Below are positions 33,523 to 44,035 of a DNA stretch of 44,035 bases, piece after piece. Origin of the DNA: Nemertoderma westbladi (Eukaryota; Animalia; Xenacoelomorpha); contig JAUCBJ010002129.1 of NCBI GenBank assembly GCA_032718475.1, positions 1 to 44,035 on the forward strand. The letters are read 5' to 3'. The position numbers and the translations under genes are program-made. Positions within the stretch are counted from its first letter, which is position 1; every line of letters starts with the position of its first letter. Under the pieces are notes generated by a model, which saw nothing but the letters and a program-made list of their open reading frames with translations, ran no database searches and had not been told where the DNA came from.

Positions 33523-36135
33523 CTAGTGACTTCAAACTTAGTTACCTTCTTTAACTTTCTTTTAGAACCAAACAAAATACTTTCAGTCTTACCGTAGTGA
33601 ATGGATAGCTTATTATCAACCAACCACTCATTACAGGATTCTAGAACTGCACTTAACTTTTGGGAAATATGGATAGGATCTTTATGAGAGAAAATAAGAG
33701 CACTGTCGTCGGCATATAAAATGAGTTTAAAATCGGGATCTATACTACTTATCATATCATTTACATAGCATACAAAAAGCAGAGGACCTAATATACTACC
33801 TTGCGGTACGCCACAGGTAATCTCTTGTACAGTAGACTGCGATTTGCTAATGACTACAGTTTGACCTCTGTCTGACAGGTAGGACTTGAACCAGTCTATA
33901 GAACCTACACCCATCAGGCCTAACTTACCAAGCAGAATTTCGTGATCTACAGTATCGAAAGCCTTTTGTAGGTCCAACATTACCATACCAGTATATAAAA
34001 CCTTTGCGTTATTACATCTAATTGTATCAGTTAAGTTAATAAGGCAGGTGTCTGTAGAATATGATTTACGAAAACCGGACTGAAGTTCATAGATCAGATT
34101 TAGCCTACTAAGATGTGCTTCCAGCTGTAGAAAAACAGAACGTTCTAGAATTTTAGATACAATACTTAAGATACTAACAGGTCTGTAATTACAGGGTTCT
34201 ACTTTACTATTATTTTTATACAGAGGAACAACCTTAGCTAATTTCAGTTCGTCTGGTACTACATTATCTACGATAGAGTAACACGCACTTTAAGTACTTC
34301 AGCACCATCCTTAAGAAAACGGGCAGGTATTAGGTCTAGACCGGTACTTTTTGAGGCTGATGGGCTAAGTAGATTTTGAAATACGAAATCCTCAGAAACG
34401 GGTTTTAAAAATAACTTTTCTGAATTTTGTAACTTTTCAAAATAAAAATTATTTAGAGTTTCGGACCCTATACTATATTTATTACTTGATAACGGTAACT
34501 TCTTAACTAAATTAGAGGCAACATTAGTAAAATAATTATTAAATAAATTACTAACTAGAGTATGATCATGAATCAGCTAACCGTTATCTTGCAGAACAAT
34601 ATTCGATTTAGATTTTAGGTTTTTATAACCTAAATATTTTAGGGTAGACCATAGACTTTTAGGATTATCTTTATTCTCACTTATTTTGTTGTACAAATAT
34701 TCAGATTTAGCTTTTTTTATTTCCCGTTGGACAAGGTTTCTATATTTGCAGTAATTATTATAATCAGCTGAAACACGGTATTTCCTAAATTTATACAAAT
34801 AGTTATCTCTTTCTCTGATATTACTAAGGATACCCGAGGTCATCCAGGGCTCAGTGCGTTGTTTAAGACTAATTTCTTTAATTGGTGCTACAGTATTAAG
34901 TGCCTTTAGAAAATTATCTTTAAAAACAGTGTACGCAAGGTTAATGTCAGCGGCCTTAAAACAGGGTTCCCAGTCAGAATTAACTAACAAACTTAAAAAG
35001 CGTTCCTTGCTGTAATTTTTCATAGACCTAACTGTTACTGTTTTATGATCCCCGAAAAAAGATTTTTGTGTCTTCCTTGTGCAAAAAAACTATAAAATGA
35101 TCGCTTAGACCTATAGGTAAAACCCCAGATTGAGAAATAATATCGGTATTATTACAAAGGATGTGATCTAGTAAAGTAGAAGTTTTACTGGTAATTCTGG
35201 TAGAATCTCGAATAATTTGTTTTAAACCAAACAAATTTAAAATACTTTGGTACTGTTTACAGATGGGGGATGCTTTGTGATGGTAACAGATATTAAAATC
35301 ACCTAAGAAATATATTTCACAGTCTGACCTAAGATTACATAAAATTGTATTTTAAAAATTTTGCAAAAAATCTGATTGTTTAGGGGGCCGATATAAAGTA
35401 CCGATTAAAAGCTAAATCACATCGAATGTAAGTAGAGACACCACCACCGTGTCTGTCCCTATCCTTACGTAAAACTACGTAATTATCAATATAAATTTCT
35501 CCATCAGAAACACTATCATCGAGCCAAGTTTCAGAGATTGTTAAAACCGCTGGGTTGGATTTATTGATTAAAATACGAATTTCGGAAAGTTTGGGAAGCA
35601 GAGATCGCGTGTTTAAATGCAAAAAATGCAGACCTTTTTTCTTAAAAAATTTAAAAGTTTCACTCTCAGCATCACTTGGAGTTTGCAGAGGCGATGTGAG
35701 GAATGAATCGTCGGTTTCTGATTCTAAAATTGTATCATGAAAGGGAAGTTCGGTAAAAATACAGCTATTGCAGAGAAAACTTGGTTCAAGATTGTTTCTG
35801 GTGGAGAATAAATTACTGCTTTTCCTACGGTAACATTTAAAATGTACAAATGTGTCACAACTCTCGCATTGGACGATCTTACTCCGAGAGTTTGTTCCTC
35901 GTTGACAGACGGGACAGTTGATCTTCGGGGCCCGCGTCCTGCTGGGTCCTCGGTTGGTCTTAATATCCCCAGCCAGAGACAGAAGACAGAGTTTGGTGAT
36001 TAGGCCTCTAGTTCGTGGAGAGGAGACCCAAGATCTTCTTCCCCGACGAGAACAGTAGAGGCTAAATCCACTCGTCGACCACATCTCCGTCGAGGTGTGG
36101 TTGAAATTATGTAATTTAGTTTGATTGTTAATCAA
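33523..36135 (-). pseudogene. CR1/L2-group LINE ORF2 (2A-like motif, PHD finger, APE endonuclease, RT), frameshifted and 3'-truncated
   Basis: LAGDIKTNRGP; CPVC..CESCDTFVHFKC..CNSC; HLNTRSL, ISETWL, RKDRDRHGGGV, STLLDHI, GLSDHF; EPWMT; [38 protein letters not shown]. Confidence 0.93.
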
Positions 36136-37079
36136 TTTTATTTGTAAATCTTCAGATTTACTTACTGTAAGAAAATCGTGTCTGTCTGTCTGTTTGTCAC
36201 ACGAAATGCTCCGAAACTATCCGGTCAATTGTGTTGTTCTTTGTATTATGTTCTTGGTTCCCGTTTATTTATATCCGTTATTTGTACCGTCAATTGTATC
36301 GATTGGACTAATCTATTTTGTCTGTATTATTCTGTCTTATTGTCTGTATGTTGTAAATTGTTCATATTATTACAGAATGCTGTGCAATCACCCGGGATTA
36401 GTCAATAAAATAACTAAATAACTAACTAACTAAATTAACTATAATAATAGCATTTAAGAATAGCATTGAATTAAAAATATTGAACAAAAAATAGCATTGA
36501 ATTAAGAATATTGAACTTATAGCATTGAATTGAAAACCCTTTCTTTTCTTCAATCCCAGTACTTACGATCCTATACCACCAGTATCTGCGCCTATTACTG
36601 AATTTTAGCAACTGAATATTATAATAATAGCCTTTAACTAACTACTCACTGTATGTTTTGCACACTACACCCTTCTTGAGTCTAGCTTCCACACTTGTGA
36701 CACACCAATACTTGAATACTTCATCATCCCACTCAACACCTGAACCTTCACATTCATTGGATATTGAGTTTATTGACATTCACATTCGATGCTTGAAGTT
36801 TGTCTTCATTTCATATCGAGCTTGCTTACTTAACGTCCATTTCTGTCCGCACACCAGGGGCCAGTTGCATAATTCAACCTTAGCTAAGGTGTACATTAAG
36901 TACTAAGTGTTGCCTTAAATGGTAGCACGATCTTAGTTCCAATCGCACATTTTCAAAGGCGAACTTAGTTCCAACTGAAACAAATTTAGATCCAAAGTAA
37001 ATTTTATAAAGCGAACTTAGTTCCAATCCAAGAATATCAAAACGAAATTAAAGTAAAATTGAAGTAAAAGTTAAAACCG

Positions 37080-38420
37080 AACAACCAATAACCGAAAACA
37101 TTAACAAGCATGAGAAAGCTAAGGACGATCTTAAATTGGCCTACAACATCAGCCAGGAAAAGTACATACAGCAATTAAAGCAATTACAACTACTGCTCAT
37201 ATAAAGCAACAATCAAGACTTACCTGGCAAACTGTAAATGAAGTATCTGGTCGGAAAAGTTGAGCAAAGTGGCGCCTCAAAGCCGATAGTCCTGAAGAAC
37301 GTGTTGGGAAGTGGAAAAATCACTTCAGCAACTTGCTTGGGCAGCAACCAAACATCGAGGTCAGCCCTACAATGAAAATATATGACATGACGCTACCTAT
37401 AGAAACAAGGGACTTCACACCTGCCGAACTCCAAAGAAGCATTAAAAGCATGTCCAATAATAAAGCGAGTGGATTAGATGAAATCCCAGCGGAGGTATGG
37501 AAAACCGGAGTGCTAAACAGACCATTATTGAATGTTTGCAACCTGATGTTAAAAGGGGAAAAGCCACCACCAATTTAGACTAAAGGTCGACTAAAGCCTC
37601 TCCCCAAGAAAAGATACCTCGGTATACCAACAAACTATCGTGGGATCTGTCTGCTTGTCGTAGCTGCCAAAATATACAATAAAATGATTCTATATCGGAT
37701 TAGGCCTCACAAAGAGAAACTACTGCGTAAGAGCAAAAACGGATTTTGACCAAGTAGATCAACATTCGCTCATTGCATAAGCCAACAAAATTACCTTTGC
37801 ACTACGGATACTGATTGAAGGAATTAAGTCAAAGAATCTCCTCGCAGTCATGACTTTTGTGGACTTCAAGAAGGCATTCGACTCCATCCATAGAGGCCAA
37901 ATGTTTGAAATCCTAAGAGCTTATGGAATACCAGAAGTAATTGTTGCTCGCATTGGATTGTTATATTGTGACACAGAAGCGCAGGTACTCTCACCAGATG
38001 GTGAAACTGAGTTTTTCTCAATCCTGGCCGGGGTACTGCAAGGTGACACATTAGCACCATTACTATTTGTAATTGTGCTGGATTACGCAATGAGGACGGC
38101 CACAAAGGGTGAAGATCTGGGATTTCATACTTCAAGAACGCAGAAGTAGTAGATATCCGGCAACTACAGTCACAGACACCGACTTTGCGGATGACATCGC
38201 CCTGCTCTCTAATACGCTAGCAGATGCACAGCTTCTACTAAATAAAGTGGAGAGGGCTGCTAAGGAGGTTGGATTGCATATAAATGCTACCAAGACCGAA
38301 TTCATGACCTTTAATGTTGATGGAAACTTGACAACCATTGATAATAATCAACTAAGGAAGGTCAACGACTTCCAGTACCTTGGATCATGGATAGAGAGTA
38401 GCAAATCATTATTGTACTAA
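37080..38420 (+). pseudogene. RTE-clade LINE reverse transcriptase fragment with stops and frameshifts
   Basis: KASGLDEIPAEVWK, NYRGI, FVDFKKAFDSIHR, GVLQGDTLAP, DFADDIALL, GLHINATKTE, FQYLGSWI. Confidence 0.92.
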
Positions 38421-38610
38421 ACTTAGTTAAATTAGCAGTCTGCCCAACCCTGTAACCATACATATTGATTATATAATATAATATTTCTAATTATTCTAGT
38501 ACTTCATTATCAAGCGCATAATTTTTGTTAATTTAGTTTACATTTGTCTTTATTTTAATTTAGGTTATTTTCTGTAATCATTATAATAGTTAATTTTTTC
38601 CAAGTTGTTT

Positions 38611-38652
38611 TTTGGCTGATGATGTATATCATTATATACGAAACGTTCCGGA
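38611..38652 (+). ncRNA. Minimal type I hammerhead ribozyme-like motif (Penelope pseudo-LTR type)
   Basis: TTTGG CTGATGA T GTATAT-CATT-ATATAC GAAACGTT CCGGA: 6-bp stem II, palindromic AACGTT, stem I with G-U pairs. Confidence 0.6.
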
Positions 38653-38705
38653 TCTAAATACTTGTGTTTTTTCCTATCGCACTACTTGTTCTTTTCTGTT
38701 TTAAA

Positions 38706-39939
38706 TTACGATATCCTCCTGGGATCACCATAACCAAGACTAAGGTTTACGAGACCACCCCTCCTATCCGTCGGATGATAGAAGTTATACTGCAGTCGTC
38801 CGTGTACTGTGTGTCGTTGTGAATGTCGAATATAATGTGTGTTCCAGTGTAACACAATTCCATCTAATTCGTTCTGAACAAGTTCGTGAAAGGAGAACCA
38901 CAGCATATCCACTTCGGCACTATCAGAGGGGTAATAATCTCCCGTTTCAATGAGGTCCTTGAAAAAGTTATCCAAAAGTTTCCCCATGATCGACGTAAGT
39001 GGGACCACCAGCCCTTGATACGTTGGTTATGTGTTGAACTAACATCTATGTGCGTCAATGTTGTTTCTAAAAAAAAGCCTGGGAAGCCGCCATTAAACTA
39101 TTCTCGGTACCTCTGTCTGTCTCTACCCTTACAGGACAACCATATATCCCAACTGCGTCTAGAAACAGGGAACAAATTGTATTAGGATTATTGTTAGTCT
39201 TGAGGAGTTTTAGCCATATGATATAACGTGACCATCCGTCAAACCGTAGAAACGTCAAATCGGGAAACCGTACGGTTTTAGTTTATCGTGGTCATCCACG
39301 TGCCACACGGCATTGGGACCGTGAAATCTCGTCTCCTTTGCAGTCTGTGGCGATGCCGTAATAATGTGGCCTCCGGAGCAATAGCGCGTATAATATAAGC
39401 TACAGTTCTTCTAGGCACAGAAATCCCCTGTAACTTTACTTGTTGCCAGACACTTCTGTAACCCCATGATCCTGTAGAACCCTCGGTCAGAGAAACAATC
39501 TCAGCAAATACAGTATCGAAATCAAATTCGATGTTTTGCCGAGAAAGTCCGAAGTCTGATAGTCTCCACCGTAATGTTCACATAGATGGGATTATGCCAT
39601 GATTTAACGACAAAATGTTTAATAACTCTCGATGGGTATGTCCTTGTTGGTAGTATACTGTAAGTAAACCTTTAAATTCGCTCATGTTGCAGAATGAAAC
39701 AGTACTGGGTTTAGATACCAGTAGTAAGAATACCATACATTTGAACATCGGGCATTTAATTGTCCCGCTATTCAAATAACCAATCGGAATTTGCCGTGAA
39801 ATTTCGCGGCTTAAATTCGTGTCTTAAAGTTTGCGCCGTGAAATCTCGCGGCTTAAATTCGCGGCTTAATTTTTGTATGTTAGCATATGTACCATGGTGA
39901 CTTGCTTTGTTTAAGTTGTGGCCGTTGTGGGCTTCCATA
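38706..39939 (-). mobile_element. Decayed IS3EU-like DNA transposon (HTH plus DDE integrase-core transposase) with one terminus
   Basis: GPNAVWHVDDHDKLKPYGFP, DGWSRYIIWL, GCPVRVETDRGTEN, SSTHNQRIKGWW, WNTHYIR across frames; N-terminal YYQQGHTHRELL..TLRWRL helical region; subterminal GCGGCTTAA repeats; minus-strand terminus TATGGAAGCCC at 39939. Confidence 0.7.
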
Positions 39940-40204
39940 AATCACGGATCCCATCGCATTAACTTAAATATTTCAAATTATTAAAATCTCGAAATGTAAT
40001 TTAATATCCAAATCAGGAGCTGGACGTCTGGGGAGGAATAATGTGTGACATCAGAGTAGATGTTTCATTGATTGATCGAACGGATTAAGTGGTAGGCATT
40101 CACCAGCGGTAACATAGTGTATGGATGATACAGTATTCCTTTAAAACTTATATTTATTTATTTATATAGACCCTCCTCTAATCTTCCCATAAGTTGCTAG
40201 TTAC

Positions 40205-40244
40205 ATAGTCTGATGCAGACCGGTAGGTCGAAAACGTTTACTAT
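40205..40244 (+). ncRNA. Minimal type I hammerhead ribozyme-like motif (Penelope pseudo-LTR type), core possibly mutated
   Basis: ATAGT CTGATGCA GACC-GGTA-GGTC GAAAACGTTT ACTAT: perfect stems I and II, palindromic AAACGTTT, AATAAA about 20 nt downstream. Confidence 0.65.
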
Positions 40245-40560
40245 TGTTATCTTCAATTAATATAATAAACCAGCTAAAGACACTCAATGTTTTATTTTAT
40301 TTCTATCATCCATTCGATGGATGGTAGGCATTGCACACATAATGAATCCATTATAATATACTACATGTTACAGCAGTATTACAATACCATATGATATAGA
40401 ATATAGCCATGTGTTACACCCAGGGGGTACGTACGATTTGGTTACACCATGCCCCGGAATATAGGATCTTTCTTTATTTAAGTAACTACTGGACAGTGGA
40501 TGATAATCCACTGTGATGATCCACTTAATCCACTTAATGAGATTGCATAAAATTTGAAAG

Positions 40561-41307
40561 TGAGATAGTTTCACCGATATGTGATAGTGAGATAGATAGT
40601 GAGATAGATAGTGAGATAGATAGTGAGATAGATAGTGAGATAGATAGTGAGATAGATAGTGAGATAGATAGTGAGATAGATAGTGAGATAGATAGTGAGA
40701 TAGTTTCACCGATATGTGATAGTGAGATAGATAGTGAGATAGATAGTGAGATAGATAGTGAGATAGATAGTGAGATAGATAGTGAGATAGATAGTGAGAT
40801 AGATAGTGAGATAGATAGTGAGATAGATAGTGAGATAGATAGTGAGATAGATAGTGAGATAGATAGTGAGATAGATAGTGAGATAGATAGTGAGATAGAT
40901 AGTGAGATAGATAGTGAGATAGATAGTGAGATAGATAGTGAGATAGATAGTGAGATAGATAGTGAGATAGATAGTGAGATAGATAGTGAGATAGATAGTG
41001 AGATAGATAGTGAGATAGATAGTGAGATAGATAGTGAGATAGATAGTGAGATAGATAGTGAGATAGATAGTGAGATAGATAGTGAGATAGATAGTGAGAT
41101 AGATAGTGAGATAGATAGTGAGATAGATAGTGAGATAGATAGTGAGATAGATAGTGAGATAGATAGTGAGATAGATAGTGAGATAGATAGTGAGATAGAT
41201 AGTGAGATAGATAGTGAGATAGATAGTGAGATAGATAGTGAGATAGATAGTGAGATAGATAGTGAGATAGATAGTGAGATAGATAGTGAGATAGATAGTG
41301 AGATAGT
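40561..41307. repeat. 12-bp tandem repeat (GATAGTGAGATA)n, about 60 copies
   Basis: Near-perfect array with the variant GAGATAGTTTCACCGATATGT at its start and again near 40700. Confidence 0.98.
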
Positions 41308-42029
41308 AAGTTGTTGGTACTGATTGAAAACTGGCCATGCAAGATAATCTGATTTTTGCTGAAAAATAGCTGATATCAAGGACTTCTAGAACATAATATT
41401 TATAATATTTTGATCCATGTTCTTGTAGACCTTGCTGATATATGGGCGTTCGAAGTGGCATGTTTATGCATCTGTGCAAGGGTTGTGGGATTCTTGCATG
41501 GTCAGTTTTCAATCAATACCAACAAATCACTAACGGTACAAGAATAACTGCGGTTTTCTCTATATTTTTTTTGGAAGGAAAGTATAACACTGCGACATTG
41601 GGTTGAAGTGGTATGCAAGGACAGTCAAGTTTAGATGAACTCCGTATCCAAAAATGTCGAGAAGTCTGATACGGAATTTTATAAGCTAGAGAGATAGAGA
41701 TAGAGAAGGCAAAATCGAAATACAATGCTTAGTCACTTAGTCAAAAAAACAAAAAACAAAACAAAAAAAACAAAAAAACACTTAGTCAATGATGGGATAA
41801 GGGTCATGGAAGATGGAATAGGTTTACATTGAGTTCAATTACATATGTTTACACCATGTCCTGGAATGTAGTGTCGTTATTCATGTACCTGCCCCCTACC
41901 CCCCCCCCCCCCCCCCAAAAAAAAAAATTTGTTTTTCTTCAAAACTTAATGAGATTACATGAAATTTGAAACAGAGATAAATTTACCTTCCTCCACCTTG
42001 CTGACTGAGCCAGAAGTTTTATTATATTT

Positions 42030-42287
42030 AATATTTACGAATTATATTTATTTATTTATCAAGCACGTTTAATTAAAAAACCTTACCGGTAGGTGTGTTA
42101 GTACCAAAGTATGTAAAAAACTAAAACCCCGACGTTGCATGCAATCAGAGATCAGCTGACAGCAGCCAGCTGATCGGTAGGTTTCGCCCTACCTTAGTTT
42201 TTTACATACTTTGGTACTAACACACCTACCGGTAATGTTTTTTACTTAACCTGCTTGATAAATAAATAAATATAATTTGTAATTATT
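42030..42287. mobile_element. ~255-bp fold-back MITE with ~90-bp arms
   Basis: TTACCGGTAGGTGTGTTAGTACCAAAGTATGTAAAAAACTAA is perfectly inverted, the outer AT-rich arms are also inverted, and there is an inner hairpin GATCAGCTG..CAGCTGATC. Confidence 0.85.
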
Positions 42288-43008
42288 GTATTCTCATTGG
42301 TGTGTGTATTTATATACACCATATTCTGCTAACAGTGCTAACATATGGATAATCAAATTGTTCCTGAATATCATGTATTTATTAAAAATGAATTAAAAAT
42401 CGATACTATCGTTATTTTTGATCGCATTGGAGAGGGTGTTTGTTGAAGACAAACCATCTTATAATATTACGATTTTTGGTGATTTTAATTTCAGAACATC
42501 GTCGGAACTCGATTATATTGGAAATGACTGACGTAAGCGAGTATATTCTGTATGACATACTTCCGCCATACATTCTACTCTTTCGATGACGAAATACAAC
42601 CAGACCAGTTGGGGAACAGCAGTGAACTCGAACAATAATAATAATGCACACATACTTTATATCCGCGAAGAAATTCACAGGCAATGCAGTACCACGGATT
42701 AGCAAATGAGATTGTCTCGTTGCGTATAAACAATAATAACTGTTTTACGTCATTGTTCATGCATAGTAAAATGTATGGCGTAGGGACATTGGACATACTG
42801 AGCAATAATGACGCACTGCGATATAAAGCTGGAAATTATGTAGTACTGGAGATTTGATGTGCGAAATTAATTCCATACAAATAAATAAAATATTTGTTGT
42901 GTAAATACAATTATCGTTATCGTAAAAATGCGCAAATACAAAACCATGAAACTTTCGAACGCCCACACCTCAGCTATCTTTTCACGGCCAGTTTTCTAAC
43001 AACATCTC

Positions 43009-43108
43009 TACTACTACTATCGGCATGCTGCATTACAGCTGCATTAAATATATATTACATATATATTAAGAATGCTGTGCCGGCTTGCGGACCAAATTTG
43101 GTGTCTAA
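43009..43108 (-). mobile_element. ~100-bp retroposed fragment with a (TAG)n tail and TSD, sharing the 3' end of the 27.2-kb RTE fragment
   Basis: Shared AAGCCGGCACAGCATTCTTAA..AATGCAGCTGYAATGCAGCATGCCRAT..AGTAGTAG; flanking direct repeat CTAAC(C)AACATCTC. Confidence 0.65.
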
Positions 43109-44035
43109 CTAACCAACATCTCACTACATATATGTATAAGGTTGAAGAATAACTGCGGTGTCCGGCGGAGACACCGTTTTAAAATGCTTGTTTCTAAAGA
43201 ATAAAAGCGAAAATAACAATTCTGGCTCACGCATTAAGGAGGAAGGAGGTGAACCGATCTCTTTTTAAAAATTCCTGCAATCTCATTTGATTTGTAGAAA
43301 TATTTGGGGGGAAGGGAGGGGGGGGGCAGATACCTGAAAAACGACACTATATTACAGGACATGAGCATTATTTTTACTGTTTGAGTCGCGCGTTACTATA
43401 AAAACATAATTAGAAAAATGTTCCAGATTCCGTACAAACATTAACAGTTCAGTAGTAGTGCAAAACACCCAAATAAATTATGACAAGTCTTTTACTTTTA
43501 TAAAAGAACCAAAGTAATATTTGAAGGAAATACATAATTGTAGCGAACAGTAGAACTCAAGGTTTGATAATATGAAATTTATTTAATATTGGGTAGATGT
43601 AACTGCGTAACCATGAAATTTCACACGTTGACAAATGTTGCGATTGTTATGCATTGCTTGGTTTTTGCTATTCAGAGCGTTGTAAACCATCTGATGTAAG
43701 TTTGCAACCGTAGCCAACTATGTAGGCCTAAATATAATAAATTAATAATTGCAATGTATCGCATAATTGGTATGTACGTTTTTTGTTTAAGGCTTTGACT
43801 TATCATTTTATTACATAATAGCACACCTAATTATATACCTTTTTGCACCGAATAAACTCAACTTTCCACCAAAAACGGCTCACTTTTTAGCACCAAATGT
43901 TATAAGGTCTGTCTATGGCGCGGGTTAGGGTCGCCCTGTCGAAACCATAGACAAAAAGTGTCTTCAACCCTAAACCTAACTGAAAACCTGGTTTTCAACC
44001 ATGCCTGTGGCCAATAAGGCCAATTGAAGCCATAT

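Larger units (their letters stand above)
41853..43363. repeat. Second inverted pair of the dispersed repeat seen at 11.7/12.2 kb (about 41853-42020 and 43195-43363)
   Basis: CATGTCCTG..TAGTGTCGTT..TAATGAGATT..AATTTGAAACAGAGATA..GAGCCAGAA and a diverged reverse complement. Confidence 0.7.

Noticed and set aside
40368-41512. Long ORFs of SHYL/ISLS/LTIY repeats
   Set aside because: Artefacts of a stop-free 12-bp tandem repeat, open in all three minus frames.

Overview
AT-rich eukaryotic (very probably invertebrate animal) DNA made almost entirely of nested, mostly broken transposable elements and tandem repeats, with one plausible host gene. Positions 1-9.3 kb hold a BEL/Pao pol fused tail-to-tail to a truncated Ty1/copia (GalEa-like) element whose 5' LTR sits inside a CRE-like non-LTR relic, followed by BEL gag pieces. 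Further on are MITE-like inverted-repeat elements, three tandem arrays (50, 28 and 12 bp units), fragments of CRE-, RTE-, RTE-X- and CR1/L2-type LINEs, and an IS3EU-like DDE transposase relic. The host gene candidate is an intronless Ly6/uPAR-like, probably GPI-anchored protein (31576-32232). The most unusual signal is two sequence-divergent short elements (13.8 kb and 33.2-33.5 kb). In each, a type I hammerhead ribozyme core sits between a Pol III A box and B box, in the anticodon-arm position of a tRNA-like unit, and the unit is bounded by ATGAT...ATCAT inverted repeats. Two further minimal hammerheads occur at 38.6 and 40.2 kb. All calls were made by eye from motifs; no searches or folding programs were run, and boundaries of degenerate elements are approximate.
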